DNA of 61,866 nucleotides, counting the filler, from Choristocarpus tenellus KU-1152 (Eukaryota; Protista; Phaeophyceae), in the NCBI GenBank assembly GCA_964200185.2. It is 12 parts of 12 records of this genome, joined end to end, with 100 filler letters (N's around TTAATTAATTAA, not from the genome) between each part and the next. Parts side by side here need not be neighbours in the genome. Positions count along the whole stretch, not along the records: positions 24,617 to 29,517 come from CAXNAD020012599.1; positions 29,618 to 36,213 come from CAXNAD020007792.1; positions 36,314 to 39,579 come from CAXNAD020021163.1; 9 more parts are not named here. The stretch is one strand, 5' to 3'. Shown in pieces: positions 24,761 to 38,279 of the stretch. The stretch's first letter is position 1. Each line of letters starts with the position of its first letter. The notes beneath the pieces are model-generated. The model ran no database searches. It worked only from the letters and a program-made list of their open reading frames with translations, and was not told the origin of the DNA. The translations under genes were made by a program, and so were the position numbers.

Positions 24761-25266
24761 GTGTCAAAGCTGAAGGTGGGGGGCGTTTTGGGAGGATTGA
24801 TCTAGAAGTGCTTTCGCAGTAATTGTGTGTATTGATCCATTAATTTCCAGTTGAGGAAATTGGTCGCATTGTTGGTGGAGTAACAAGGGCGGTACTGTGA
24901 TGGTGGTGGTATGTTATGGAATGAGTTATGCGGGGCGTCACCTGAGGAGTGAAGTGAGGTGGAGTGTCACCTGAGGAGTGAAGTGAGGTGGAGTGGATGT
25001 AGTGGATGTAAGGGCTAACTAACTAATTATTCGTCCTTGTTCTAACTAACTAATTTTCCAATTTTCTTCTTTAATTTTATTGTCTTTTTTCATACATTTT
25101 TTTAACCCCTAGCAGGATCTAATTCAACTTTAATCATACTTTTATGATTAAGTTATGTGGAAAGAGCAACCAAAGTATAACCTTTTAATTGAAGTTCATA
25201 CCAAGAATTTGATGGGGCTATCTACCTGATACAGAATTTGTGAGCGAAGCGAGAGGAACGAAAACG

Positions 25267-25382
25267 TAGGACTTAGGGTTAGGACTAATGAGTAGGACTT
25301 AGGGTTAGGACTAATGAGTAGGACTAATGAGTAGGACTAATGAGTAGGACTAATGAGTAGGACTAATGAGTAGGACTAATGA
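25267..25382 (+). repeat. 13-bp minisatellite (TAGGACTAATGAG)n interleaved with TTAGGG units
   Basis: About 7 copies; the first two are preceded by CTTAGGGT. Confidence 0.85.
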
Positions 25383-25699
25383 TATGGTGTGCTAAAATAT
25401 GACAAAAAAACAAACAAACGAGGTTACCAATACCTACATACTGTATAAAAGGTACATATATGTACATAGATGGTTTTGTTATGTAGAGGCGTGTATACCT
25501 CCAGACAAGCGAGCACCAGGGTTTCTTTCTTTTTTTCAGGTGGTTGTGACTATTGCATTAGAAAATTATGATGACTTCAACAGACTAGAAAAAATTGAAC
25601 AAAAATAAGCCCAGGGGGGTTTGCACCTTGGGGAGGCGTTTAAAAATGTTGCAAGAGGCGTTTCTCCATACCCTATGGCAAGTTTCATATGCCGTACGC

Positions 25700-26172
25700 A
25701 TTTAGCATCTTAGATGATAATATTAATAACAGTAATAATAATATATATTTCATATATAAGTAGATACACATTCAACATCCCACAAAATAATATTAACAGT
25801 GATAATAATCATAAATATTTCAGATATAAGTAGACACACGTTTGACATCTTAGATAATGATATTAATACTACTAATAATAAATATTTCAGATATAAATAG
25901 ATACACATTCAACATCCCACAAAATAATATTAACAGTGATGATAATCATAAATATTTCAGATATAAGTAGACACACATTTGACATCTTAGATAATGATAT
26001 TAATACTACTAATAATAAATATTTCAGATATAAGTAGACACACATTTAACATCTCAGATAATAGTATTATTAACAATAATAATTTAAAATATTTTAGATA
26101 AAAGTAGACACATTTAACATCTCAGATAATAATATTAATAACAATAATAATAAATATTCCAGATATAAGTAG
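25700..26172 (+). repeat. AT-rich ~68-bp tandem array (~7 units) with alternating A/B variants
   Basis: Units start CATCTTAGAT or CATCCCACAAA and end TTTCAGATATAAGTAGACACAC. Confidence 0.85.
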
Positions 26173-26236
26173 GACCCTCCCGTTCCCCCCTTCTCCCTCT
26201 CCCTCTCCCTCTCCCTCTCTCTATTGGTTGTGAAAA

Positions 26237-27125
26237 ATGTCACCGCTGCCATCAGGGATGGATGGTATCAGCGGAAAGATCACAGAAGAAGGCCGAGAGG
26301 GAAGTGGTACTGCTGTGGTGGGCGAGGGGCTGGAGGCAGAGGGAGGAATGTGGGGCACAGAATTAGATTTTCAGTTAAAGGTATCATTAGGAGGAGGGTT
26401 AGGGTTGAATAGAGACAGTAGCGCGTCGATGTTGTTGGAAGGGGCCGTGAAGGAGGCGGAGGATGCACAGCAGCGGCTGGGAGATGCGGAGGCGTTTTTG
26501 GAGAGGGCACGCATCGAGGTTAGGAAAACCCAAGAGGCTGTGGACAGTGGGAAGGTGAGTGAATATAGAGTACTTAAGATACAAGAAGCTTTGTCTACAG
26601 GGGGTAAAGTTAATGTGTGGGGGATGGCGCACTTCTGTGCAAATGTAATGTTTTGTGAGTGTATCGCTTGTGGTTTCTGATCACGGTTCCTATTTGTTTG
26701 GGGGTTTTTTTGTTGTTTTTTTGTTTTGTTTTTTTCTAGATCTATGTGGAAGAGGAAGAGGAATGCAAGAGTCGGTCTTCTTATGCTCAGCGCTGTCTGT
26801 CAGTACTGTAATAATAGTGGGTGAAGGAAAACGAGTGATTTTTTTTTTTAGTATATTTGTGTTAATTAAGGCTACTTTTTTAATACTTTTTTTAATGCTT
26901 TGCTTGTTGCTGGTTGAGTGAGTGCTTCGAATGGGAATGCTCTTATTATGTGTTTGTTTATGCTTTTGTTTGCAGCTAATTTATATACTGATTGTGATAG
27001 TGAATTGACTGTTTTTTGTTTATGAAATATATTGGGGAAGTATCTTTTATTCTCAGTTTAATAGCAAAGGGCGAAGTATTTTTTGTTATGATTGTTTCAG
27101 TGGGAGGGGGGGGATCATTAATTAT

Positions 27126-27167
<42 letters not shown>

Positions 27168-29487
27168 CAACGAATGAATTAGTCACTTCCTTTTCAATCT
27201 TTTTTATTGTTATACATCTATCTTAAAATCTGGTTGAACTATTATTTGCTGCATCTTTGTAATTGAGACACACTCAGAGCACACACATACATTATTATAT
27301 TACATCATCTATTTTATTATTACTACAATGGTACATTGCAAAATTTTGTTGGATTCTGAATGGAAAAAAAAAATGTTGTGACTTCAAGTATCATATTGTT
27401 TATTTCTGGAATTTTGAATCACATGCCTGCTACTGTGATGATGGTGGTGACAGGGTAATATATGAGAATAACATCAATACAATCAATCAAGGCAAAGTGC
27501 ATCAGTACACCTGTTCGATTCAAGTCTCTTGACAACCAGGTTCATTCCACCCCCCCCACACCCACTTCCCCACCCGCCCACTCCTACTCCCCATAAATCA
27601 CGCCTTCCTACCTTTCCGTGATACCAATCAATCTGTGGTGCTCTGTGTCAAACATTGCCAGCGCAGGGGGTTTGCATCTCCTGTGGCCAGGCGGTAACTG
27701 TAGCCCATCTTCGCCGCAGTGCCATGTCTGCATTAGCCTCAGCAGCCAGGGCTGCGTCAACAGTTGAGGAGGCTGGTCATGCCGCCACAGCAGCTACAGA
27801 GCAATTACGGTTGGTGAGGGCCCAACAGGAGTTGGAGGAGGAGATTGAGGCGTTTCAGAGGGAGTTGGATGTGGTGCAGGGTAAGGAGGAGAGAGAGAAG
27901 GAGGCACTGGCATTGTTGGCGGATCAGCTCAGGTAGGCAACTGTTGGTGTTGTACCAGGTAGCTGGATCTTTTTGGGGGGGGTGGTTGAGGGGCTCTCAG
28001 TAATTTCTTCCATAGTTCGATTGCATGTTCTTGAAGTGCATAGTTGAAGTTTGTCAAACAAACACATTGAGTTTTTTTTATTTGTATTGTGCACGTTTTG
28101 TGTCATCCTGTACATATGGTCTGATATACTAAGAATAATGTTTGTTCCAATACATGAGAAAAAATAATCATGATTGCTAAGCTGTCCTTGACGATCTGTT
28201 GTCTCACACAACTAGTTATATTATTGTTTATTAGCTTGTACCACAGTTGAGAAGAGAGTGAGATACCTTCACTAGGTGGGGCTCACCAGTCCTTACACTT
28301 AATGACTCAGAATGCCAAATGACTCAACAGTTCTCTAGTACACGTCAGAAACACTCCGACTATAATAGTCCGCCGATTACTTCTGGTCAAATACCCTAAC
28401 CCTAAATATCCCGAATGTTCCGCATTATCATCTGTACGTACATAAAATAATACTTCAAATCATATTCTCACAAATGGTCAAGCATAATCTTGACAATGAT
28501 AAGGTAATGTATGTACTCAGTGTGCAGTATTTGTGCAGTAAGTAGTAAGTGTTTGGTGATTGAACCGACTTGAGGGAGAACCAGATGAAGAGGGACACAA
28601 GCCACAACACAGCCTGGTGCTGTCAGAAGGCAATGTCGATGATATTATTCACGTGTTGTTTACTGTGTATTGTGTCCTATGCCTTGTGGCCTGCCTCTGC
28701 CTTGTGCCTGCCTGTGTCCCGTATCTTAATGGGAAAGTCCCAGTGCAGCTTGTTTGCTCAACAGGCTTTTGGTTGAATCGACACAGGCGCTTTGTGTACA
28801 ATTGTTCTGTTTGTAATATCTGATTCGTGTGATTCATGCACTGAAGATTTTTCTTTGGGGGGGGGGGAAAGGGGGAGGAGGGAGGAGGGGAGTAGGAGTG
28901 GAGTATGTATGTTCTTGTAGGAAACGCGTCTCCTTTTGATCGAAGAGTATGCTGATTATTGATCATTGATCATTGATCATCTATTGGCTTGATGCATTGC
29001 ATCTGTTTGAATGTTCTAATAAAGTGTATTTGAATGTTCTAATAAAGTGTATTTTCCATTTTGGTACTGAACGTACTGAACGTAGGTGGCGAGAGTGACA
29101 AAAATAATTATAAAATGTGCAAATAATAATATATATAATTTTCCTGAATGCCTTTTTTTTTTTGGAAAGGTAGTTAGTACCCCACCCAGAATCCTGACTT
29201 AAAATATAAAAAAATGATTTGACAAGTCATTCGGTTTTACATTGTGCGGTATAGGATGTTAGCGAGGTATGTATCGGTTGCTGCAAGCCCTATCGCTAAC
29301 TCTTACTACAACTCCGTTTCTCAACCCCCTGAACCCTCCCTAACCGTCCAGGAATGTAACTGACGGGATAGCAACCTCTGAGAAACTTCTGGAGGATCTC
29401 AAGGTCTCCGAGGAAAAATCTCGCTTGAAGTGGGACGCGAAGATCTCCACGGCTGAAGAAGCCCTCTCTGCCATCCGTGACAAGGAG
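26237..29487 (+). CDS. Long coiled-coil protein with central CxxC (Rad50/SbcC zinc-hook-like); exons ~26237-26554, 27667-27932, 29352-29487 (partial)
   Basis: Phase-compatible GT-AG joins; heptad-rich arms flank K|GVCISCGQAV. Confidence 0.6.
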
Positions 29488-31149
29488 GTGGGGAGGGGGT
29501 GGTGCAGGGGGCGGGGCNNNNNNNNNNNNNNNNNNNNNNNNNNNNNNNNNNNNNNNNNNNNTTAATTAATTAANNNNNNNNNNNNNNNNNNNNNNNNNNN
29601 NNNNNNNNNNNNNNNNNGAAGAAAAAAAAAGGGGGGGGGGGGGGGGGGAAAGGTCTACACTTCCCACCCGCTCACGATAGAGAAATGCCTGCATTGAGGG
29701 GGTGGGGGACATGATGCAAAGAGAAAGCTTCACTTACACCCAATAGAAGAGTCTTTTGACGTATCATAGAAGCAATGGAATGCCTTTCCCACGCAACCTC
29801 CCCACCTACATCCTCAATATGGGGCATGCAACAGCAAAAAAAAAAGAGACAAATCCTACCCTGAACAGAAAAATTGCTCAAATCGATTCACCACTTTTCA
29901 TATCATTTATAAACCTATTCTCTCTTGGGAGCATGCGGGTCCTTTAAATTACGGAGTTGGCTTAGCTTGGTGCCTTCTATTCCCTCCCGACACCTCCCAA
30001 AGACTGCTTAGCTACCGGTAAAATGCTTTGCCACCATTATATCACCGCTCACTTCCACGGACCCCACCAACCCACTCTTGGCACCAAGTACCCAATGTCA
30101 ACGTAACTGAACTATTGTGCATTGCTGTGGGCGTGTATATGTACATATGCACCAAGCGCTTCGGGTTAAGGTTCCCAATTCAATTGACAGACCATTCGAG
30201 TGGAAGAGCATGCAAGCGACAAACACGTGCTGAAAAAAGGATCTGGAAAAACAACAACAACCAAAAAAAAAAAAAACAAATGAAAGGGGAGGGGGGGGGA
30301 CAGGAAGCAAGAACGGCATGGTGTGTGTATGGAAAAAAAGGACTTACAACATACAGAAAAAAAAGAACGAGGGAATTCTATTGGGTGGAGGCATCAATGA
30401 TGCGCATAGATACAGTGGCGGAGCGGAGAGGAGGCTTGGCTTTTGCCTGAGAGGACCAAGACGAGGTCTTCATGGAAGGGGAGCAGACCCATCAATGAAA
30501 CGTCGGTATGGAAAAGGGGGGTTAAAGGGCATGGAACAAATTGAGACGGGAGCATTCTGGCGATGAAAGGGGAAGGTTGCACACGACAAGTAGGAGCAAA
30601 GAGATAGAGAAAACTGTACATTGTACATCAGGAAATAATTACGAGGAATATGGATGCGTGGTTCATGGAAGTAAATAGGGCATACTAACGGCATCAAAAA
30701 CAGGGGGTGGGGGGTAGATAAAAAATTGGGCATAGACAGCGAATTTGGTCATGGTGTGGGGAGAAGGGGTATTGATAAAACAATCTGAACGTGTTGAAAG
30801 AATTGCACATAGAAGAGAACCAAAAATATGTACTTCCTGCAATAATTGCAGGATTGAAGAAAGGAAGGGGGGTGAATGTAAACTACGGACTGTATATGCG
30901 CATTTGGAGGGGTGTAAGGTGCATGGTGGGAGAGGAAAAATGCACTGAAGACAGCGGGACAGACAATATGAGGGGCAGGGAGCATGAATCTGGATAACAG
31001 CCGGGCCTTGAGTGTGTGCACAGCGAATAGTGAAAAAATAAAATGGTACATTACATACATGCAGTAGTGGCACCAACAAATAACTAGACAGAAGTTTTGG
31101 CATTGACCTAAGAAAAGAGAAACGGCAAATAAAGATGGGCTAAGGTGCA

Positions 31150-31560
31150 GACAGGAGCAGAGACAGGACCCATTTTGTGGCGTCAAGGGTGGAAGGGGTG
31201 GGGAGAAAAAGTGTGGGCCATTTTAACCACGCAGTATGAAATGCAAGGGGACGAACAAAACAAGGTATCAATTCAGAAAGTGAAGAACTGGGATGTGAGG
31301 GTCACCTTTCTATTACAGTAAGAAAATTAGCATCCGTGGCAATGTTTGAACCCCCTTCAAAGCAATGGAAACTTCAGATAACACAGAACGGAGAGGACAC
31401 AACAAGTGCAAAACTCTATGGAGTACAGTGAATCAGGCAGGGTAAAAATACCCTAGAAGCGCCACGCGCAGTAGGGAGGGAAACGAGACCGTCGTGAGCA
31501 ACACTGGCATGTGAGGCAGAAGATCGATGCAGAAGTGCAAACATGATTAAATTTCCAACG
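31150..31560 (+). mobile_element. Possible LINE 3'-end remnant
   Basis: A degenerate WSTVNQAG...E...RH-like tail; weak. Confidence 0.25.
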
Positions 31561-31740
31561 CTGTTCAGCACTGTCCGTCTTGGACAACATACCTGTCCAA
31601 CCTAGCGCTTCCCTCCTAACATTCTTCCACCCAAAACTTGACGACTGGTTACGCTATCCTCTCGTCGTCACCTTCTGCCTGTCACTATTTGGTGTCGAAA
31701 CCAACCAACAACGACGCTATGATACGAACGGATCATTCCT

Positions 31741-32435
31741 TAGTCATCCTCTCCCAACTCTGCCTGGAGTGTAGTATCACAGCATTCCGTGTTTCCTGAT
31801 CTGACCCAACAGGAGGTAAACTTGGGTATTCTCGAATGTCATCTCTACTGAACGAATTGCAACCTCATTATGATCACAACCACCAATAAACAAAACGACG
31901 GGCAGAAACGGTTCAAAAGAGCGGATGGCGGTCAGTTCATGGTCCACTCGTCTACATTGCTGCCCAGTGGCATCTTCAACCTGGGCAGAGTTGGGTTCTG
32001 TGCACTCGAGAGGACCACTTCCTCCTGGTCAGAATTAGAAACCTTAGATAACCGACGAGGGCACTGGCCTGATATCTGCTCAACATAATATGACAGAATT
32101 CACAACTGAAGGTATTATTGGGGCGGCGCCAGTGATGTAAGGACACCACAATTGACAAGACCCGAAAAATGGCAACATTCTAATCGATGGTTCCTTGTCT
32201 CCTGACTTGAACGAAATATTTGACCTAATGTAGAGGAGGGGACCGTGAACCGGTCATGATCAGCCCCATCATTTCCGTCCGTTATTTCTTGATGGCTGTA
32301 ATCAGAAGGAGGTTCCAATTCGTTCCGCAGAAAAAACAGTCAAGAAGGCCTAAGTTTACCTCCTCTTGGGTCAAATGAGGAAACATGGAATGCTGTGATA
32401 TGTACACTCCAGGCAAAGCCGGGAGAGGATTACTA
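31741..32435. mobile_element. ~695-bp foldback/MITE-like element with ~220-bp imperfect inverted arms
   Basis: 31741-31825 is a close reverse complement of 32349-32435; similarity continues inward to ~31960/32225; TA at both outer ends. Confidence 0.8.
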
Positions 32436-33439
32436 CGTATTGAGCAGTGCAAACATCCGAAAGGTTAGGCAAAACTTTCGGTTGTGGGCGTCATGTTTGT
32501 AATCAACCTATTTCCGATCACAGGGTTCATGTTTTATGTCTAAACAAATCACCCAACACACACTACTTACAAATGAATGTCTGGCTCTCCCCAAAAGAAG
32601 CATACGTCGCCGTATACCCGTCATTTTGAACTAAATCCGTATCGTACCACCGTCCGTTTGTCTCTTATCTATTATTATCCCAACAGTAGGTTTTGATCCC
32701 ACAGACAAGACAAGATCATTTCTGGACCAGGGGGGAAAGATTGACTCCCCACCCGTCTATTTCACTCCCCTAGGCTGAATTCAATAAGGGCTAATGATAA
32801 CATGAGTCGTTCCACTCCACCAGGTACATTACTTAAGTTGTGACCTGCTAAGAGTTGATAACTTTGATGAGAAGCATGAGAAGGTGGCGAGATAGCGCGA
32901 AATCACACATCCTCTGCAGTAAGGTGGAAGGAAGGGGGGATTCATTTCGGTGTCTGTTTTCAAATTGTCCTTTCAGTGTATTTTGTGTGTGAGACACGAA
33001 GATCGACTGATGGAGGAAAGCTTATACTCCTTTGTTCAGGGAGAACACGATCACGATCGCACGTACAATCTCCCTTACAATTTCCTCCTCATGATCCTCA
33101 CGGGCAACGCCTTTGACACCGTACATAGGATAGGATTCCTGCTAGAATTGACTTTTGCCCATGTAATGCTTTGTACGACCTGTAACTAGTTCACAAGGGT
33201 GGGATGGAGAATAGACCCGACATCATCCACCACGCCGTTGGTTGAGGCACTGTCCGCTGATAGGGTTCAGCCCCCTTCTCGATTCTCTGCTGTATGTTCA
33301 TTGTACCTAGCTGCTAGAAATTTGTCTAACGCAAGTATTCTTAACACCTGGGATCGTCTTCAAAACGCAACCAACCTGATTGTAAATCGCATATTCTTTC
33401 TGAGTTGTAATTTCCCTTGCTTCATTGTGGAAATCCTAG

Positions 33440-35703
33440 GAGAGATTGCATCTCCAGGCCCTCTACCACCCTGGGAGAGTGATGGAGGGCGCTTTGTGCT
33501 GAGGAGACGTGGAAGGCAACCGGAGAGGGTGGGACTAACTAGGTCCGCAGCTACAGCGCCGGTCGCGAAGGAGGAAGGAGGGAGGGTAGAAGGGAACGAG
33601 GCGAGGGCAGTGGGCTGGCGAGAGCAACAACGCCCAGGGCGACCGGTTTCATACTCCAAAGAGCGACCGCCCACTTCGGAGGCAGAACGGTTTGAGAAAC
33701 CCCAACGGCGGACAGGAAAGAGCAGTTCGGTTGGGGAGAGGAGTATCCAGGTAAGAAGATCCTAGTACCCCACGCCGATCTTTTTATCATCTTCAACCCC
33801 TCCACTTTACTTTGTTGGCTGGTTTATGTTGGCATCTGACTTTCTGTCCCTTTTAGGTATGGCATACCCAATTCTGTGTGGGAGATAGGCGAAACGTATG
33901 TAGCTTTGTTTTCATTGGAAAAGGGAATTTCAGGTGCATCAGTTTTTGTCCGTCTTTTTCCCTGGTGCCTGGTCCTGTTAACCGTGGAATATTCCTCAAT
34001 TTACGCCAACCTTACTATAATGTAGATACCCTCCCTACACGCAAACACCCCCAGCCCCACCACTAGTCACACTGTCAATGTAGGGCATACTGCCCAATAA
34101 CCTACATTGTGTTCCTGAATTGTTTTCCCCACTGTCTATCGTTACTCCATGCCAATATCGCTTTTTAGGAGGAAAATAGTGCAAGGGACGAGAAGCTGCA
34201 CACAAGGAGGACAGCAGGTCCAAAAATTGTACCTGGGCATGTTCATGGCCAGGCTGGTAGATCCACATCTGCCACCTCTTCTTCAGTGCCTTCAAGTGCA
34301 CTGTCACCACGCCAACACTCACAAGAGCATACCCAGCCCCAGGCTGCCAAAAGGGCATTTTCATCTTCTCAGGGATCTGCTTCTGTATCCCCTAGAGTCA
34401 ATCGGAGAGCTAGGATGAGTACCGGCCCCTCCGGTGCAACTCATGGGTCTAGCTTACCCAACAGCAACCAGGAGTTACCCACTCTGAGGAGACGTGTGCG
34501 GGGCTCTCTCACCGCTCCTACCGAACAACTTGGTCCCGCCTCTGCCCCTAATAATGAGCTTTTGAATGGAAAAAACGCAAAGGGAGAGAGTGCCAACAGG
34601 TGAGATGTGTTCAAAACACTTCCTCACGATAGTTCTATGTGTTTTCCCCATTGTTACATTGTGTTGTTTCTGTAGTCTTGTAGATGCTTACAACTTACAA
34701 CTTGGGAACTGAAGGAATATCATAGAGTACCAAGCGACTTCATGTGCTTACACGGCAGACATCAGTTGCACCAGGGACACAAGGGCACATCATTGGTAAG
34801 GAGTCTGTCCAACAGCCGTGTTAGGTCAGGTGGTGACCTAGAGGGGCTTCCCATTTAGCATGAAATTTCTGCACACATCTTTGAAGTGAAAGTGACCCAG
34901 ACTTCACATTCTTAACTCAGAATACTGGTACAACAAACCCTCATTTTAGTCCCTGACCCGCTCCCCCCAACCTGCCCCGTGACTTTTGATTCCTCTATCC
35001 TCAAGGGTCCCTACTGGGAATGCTCTTCGGGGTCAAGCTGCTCGTCAGGGTAACAGCAGGGGAACTGATGTTGTTTCGGCAAGGGCATCCACAGCCCAGG
35101 TGTCTAATCGTGGTTCTAACTCAGAGAGCAAGGCAGTGCGTAGGGCTGATGACAGAGGTTCATCTGGACCTCCTGCAGCATCATCTAGGACGAGTGAACC
35201 AAAAAAGGCGTTGACCAAACGTGAAAGCATTCTTGCCTTTATGAAGAGGTGATTGAGGAAGTTCTGCGGATGAACATCCGTGCTGTGTGTAGGAGTACGT
35301 CCTGCGATGTTGTTCTGTTACTTACTACTTCCTTTTTTGCGGTGGAATTTGGATTTAGAGCATGGCATGCGTGACACCAAACCCTTCGAAGTGTACTTTG
35401 CAGAGAAGGAGAGACAAGTGTCCTGTAGGATGTGGGAGTAGGATTTTTGGATCATTCTTTTGTTTTGCGGGGTCTCTAAGGTGTCGTGTTTTTTTAGGGA
35501 ATCTTGAAAGCATGTGTTATTCCCCTTCCCAATCCGTAGTACCCACACTGCATGGATCTGTTCGACTGATATGCCAACAACTCATCTGCTTGTCAACCTG
35601 TTGGTATTGTATTGACAGTGAGAGGATCAAGAAGGCCCGACAGCGCAGGGAGGAGGAGGCCCAGAAGGCAAAAGAGGCGGAAGACCTCAAGCGTGCACTG
35701 TCT
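33440..35703 (+). CDS. Uncharacterised low-complexity Ser/Arg/Gly-rich protein with a charged coiled coil; exons 33440-33750, 34169-34599, 35006-35248, 35619-35703 (partial)
   Basis: Four GT-AG exons with matching phases (0,2,2) and no stops. Confidence 0.75.
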
Positions 35704-36313
35704 GTAAGTTACTACCCATGCTTTGTCTTTGCTCTTGGGTTGCCTTCATCTCCTTCTCCACCCGCTGCAACTGTGACTGAGGGATTGGGATTGCATCGGT
35801 GTCTATGACCTGTCATAGTTTTGCCTGCCTCTCACGATTCTCCCTGCAGAGGGGGCATGTTGATCCTCTTGAAACCGTGCCAGTTGGCTGTGAAGACTAT
35901 GCTAGGTCACAAAATGAAGGACAAGCACGTTTTTTTTTTGTTTGCTCTTGTTTTTTGTTAAATTTCTAAGTTCTAATTGAGGCTGTTGAGATAATCCCTT
36001 GTATAGATTCCTTTGGATGATACGCCATCGAGTCTCTTGTGCAACCAGTTCCGCATTGTGGTGTGTACTTCAAAAAGCTCCTGATCCACATGTCGACCAA
36101 CCTTAACATTTATGGGCGTGGAGGGGGGGGGGGGGGGGGGGGGGGCATTCTTGGGGCGTTTTGGGGTTGGCTCACAAACAGTCCCGGGGCCTTTCTTACC
36201 CGGGGCCCCTCCCNNNNNNNNNNNNNNNNNNNNNNNNNNNNNNNNNNNNNNNNNNNNTTAATTAATTAANNNNNNNNNNNNNNNNNNNNNNNNNNNNNNN
36301 NNNNNNNNNNNNN

Positions 36314-36378
36314 GACTGGTTTGCCCGAAACGGACGCCCCCTCCCCAACCACCCCCCCCCCCCCAGATACTTTGAGTC
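36314..36378. mobile_element. Sola2-like end, poly-C subfamily
   Basis: AAACGGACGCCCCCT...(C)nAGATACTTTGAGTC. Confidence 0.7.
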
Positions 36379-36442
36379 ATCCACCCACCCTACCACCTGC
36401 GCCCACTTCCTCACCCCAATCCCCATCCTTCATCCTCAATAG

Positions 36443-38279
36443 GTGTCGGTTCTCCTTGCTCATGGTGCCAACCCAACATTGCTCGACTCTCAGGGCTGGA
36501 CACCAGTGATGTATGCAGACTTCGGAGGGAATAAGGTATGTTTTGATTCACCAGCTTTGGTGAGGGAAAAGGGGCATGGATCTGAGGAGGGACAGAAATC
36601 CGAGACAGTAAAGAAGGGTGGGGGGTGGGGATGAGGTGTTCGGGAGAGGATGGTAGTACTCATTGGACTTCCATTTGTGAATGGATGGGGATGAGGTCAT
36701 TGAGGTATTCGAGGGGGACTGTTTGTAGGGGACTCATGGATTCTCATCTCGAGAGTGCTGATCACCTTGATTGAAGAAGTTTATTGATTGAAGAAGTTTA
36801 TTGCATGCAGGTTTTTTTGTTTGTTTGTTGGGTGAGTGCTGAATCGGGTAGGAATTGGAAACATGTGATGCATGCTGCACAACTTGTTTTGATGTACATC
36901 GACAGGGGTTGCTTAACAAGTGTTTCGAACCATGCACTCCTGACACCAGCACCAACATGCATGCCCACTCCCGCTCAAGCCAATATTAATATTATTAATA
37001 TTAATGTTGGACACTAGCATAGACATCTACCCCGGAGCATCTTCATGTAACTCACAGGTACCTGTGTCGACACAATTCATGCACCCACACTATATCAGTC
37101 CATGGCTCCCTGCTCACCTCCCTGCTCCCTGCGCTCTGTCTCTCTTGACCCCTCCCTTGGTAACTAATCATCTATCCCTGTCACCAGGGCATGTGCCATG
37201 ACTCCAGCACAGGGATGATTAGCTTACTTCTTGTTGATTTTTTGTTGTTATTGATTTTATTTTATTTTTTTGCATTTTATTTGTTCATTGCACCCTCATC
37301 TTCAGCGTGTATTGCAAGTACAGCTTTGGTTGTCCTAGGCTCTGTTCGTTTTTGGTCACCCTTGTTGTGTTGCGATCGATAACCTTTGTGAACAGTGTGC
37401 TCTCCACCTGTTTGCAGTAGCTCTTGTGGTCGTCCTTGAGGGTGAGACGTTGATTAGTACTTGCTTTTCTGGTATCGTTTCCTTTGGCATGTAGTAAGAC
37501 TCCCTAGTATTGAGTTGCTTTTTTTCTTGGGTGTACCTCGGTGTGATGACTTTTTTTCTTACAGGAGTCTTCACCCTCCTTCCAGAGGCATGTCAGAGAA
37601 TGTCCAAGGCTTTCCAATTGGTGATCTTCCTTACTCCTTTGTGAACACTTTATATGCCTGCATCTACACACTGTGCTTCCCTCCCCCTTGTATTGTTCTT
37701 CCAGGAAACGGTGCTTGAGCTTCTGAGGGTGGATCCTGAGAAGCAGCTGGAGGCTCTTGGCAGGGCTCTTGAGTCAGAGGACCAACGCCAACAGCCAAGA
37801 GTTGTAGAACTGATGCAGAACCTCGCCATTGTCCCAGCCTTCTTCTCATTTATCAACAGGTACGTAATGTTGGGGATGGTAGGTAGGGCCTTGGTGGTGG
37901 GTGGGAGTGAATGTACTTGTGACTTGTACTGTTGTATGAAGGCCCGCTTTTCTGGATTTACATGTTTGTACTATGTGACTGATACTGTGTGACCATTAGT
38001 CCTTTTCAGATGTAAGATTGTGGTTCCCCCATACCCGATCATAACCTATCTGGGTCTCTGCTTGTCTTTGACAAACATTCCAACCTCTGCATTGTCTATA
38101 CCCACCCCCTTCATGAACTGCCTAGGTTAGTCAGTCGAAGACCTGGCCTTCTCAGGTCAAGCCTGAGATTCCTATGGCACAATCCTGCCCTTCTATCCTT
38201 TGAGAATAAGCAGAGCTTCCTGCACTCACTACTGAGAGACCCTGATGTGGTCACACATGTGAACTCCAACAACTGTGTG
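36443..38279 (+). CDS. Ankyrin-repeat/HECT E3 ligase (HACE1-like), exons 36443-36535, 37705-37859, 38126-38279 (partial; HECT core not seen)
   Basis: Ankyrin VLLAHGANPTLLDSQGWTPVMYA followed by the pre-HECT motif INRLVSRRPGLLRSSLRFLWHNPALLSFENKQSF; phases 0 and 2 match. Confidence 0.75.
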
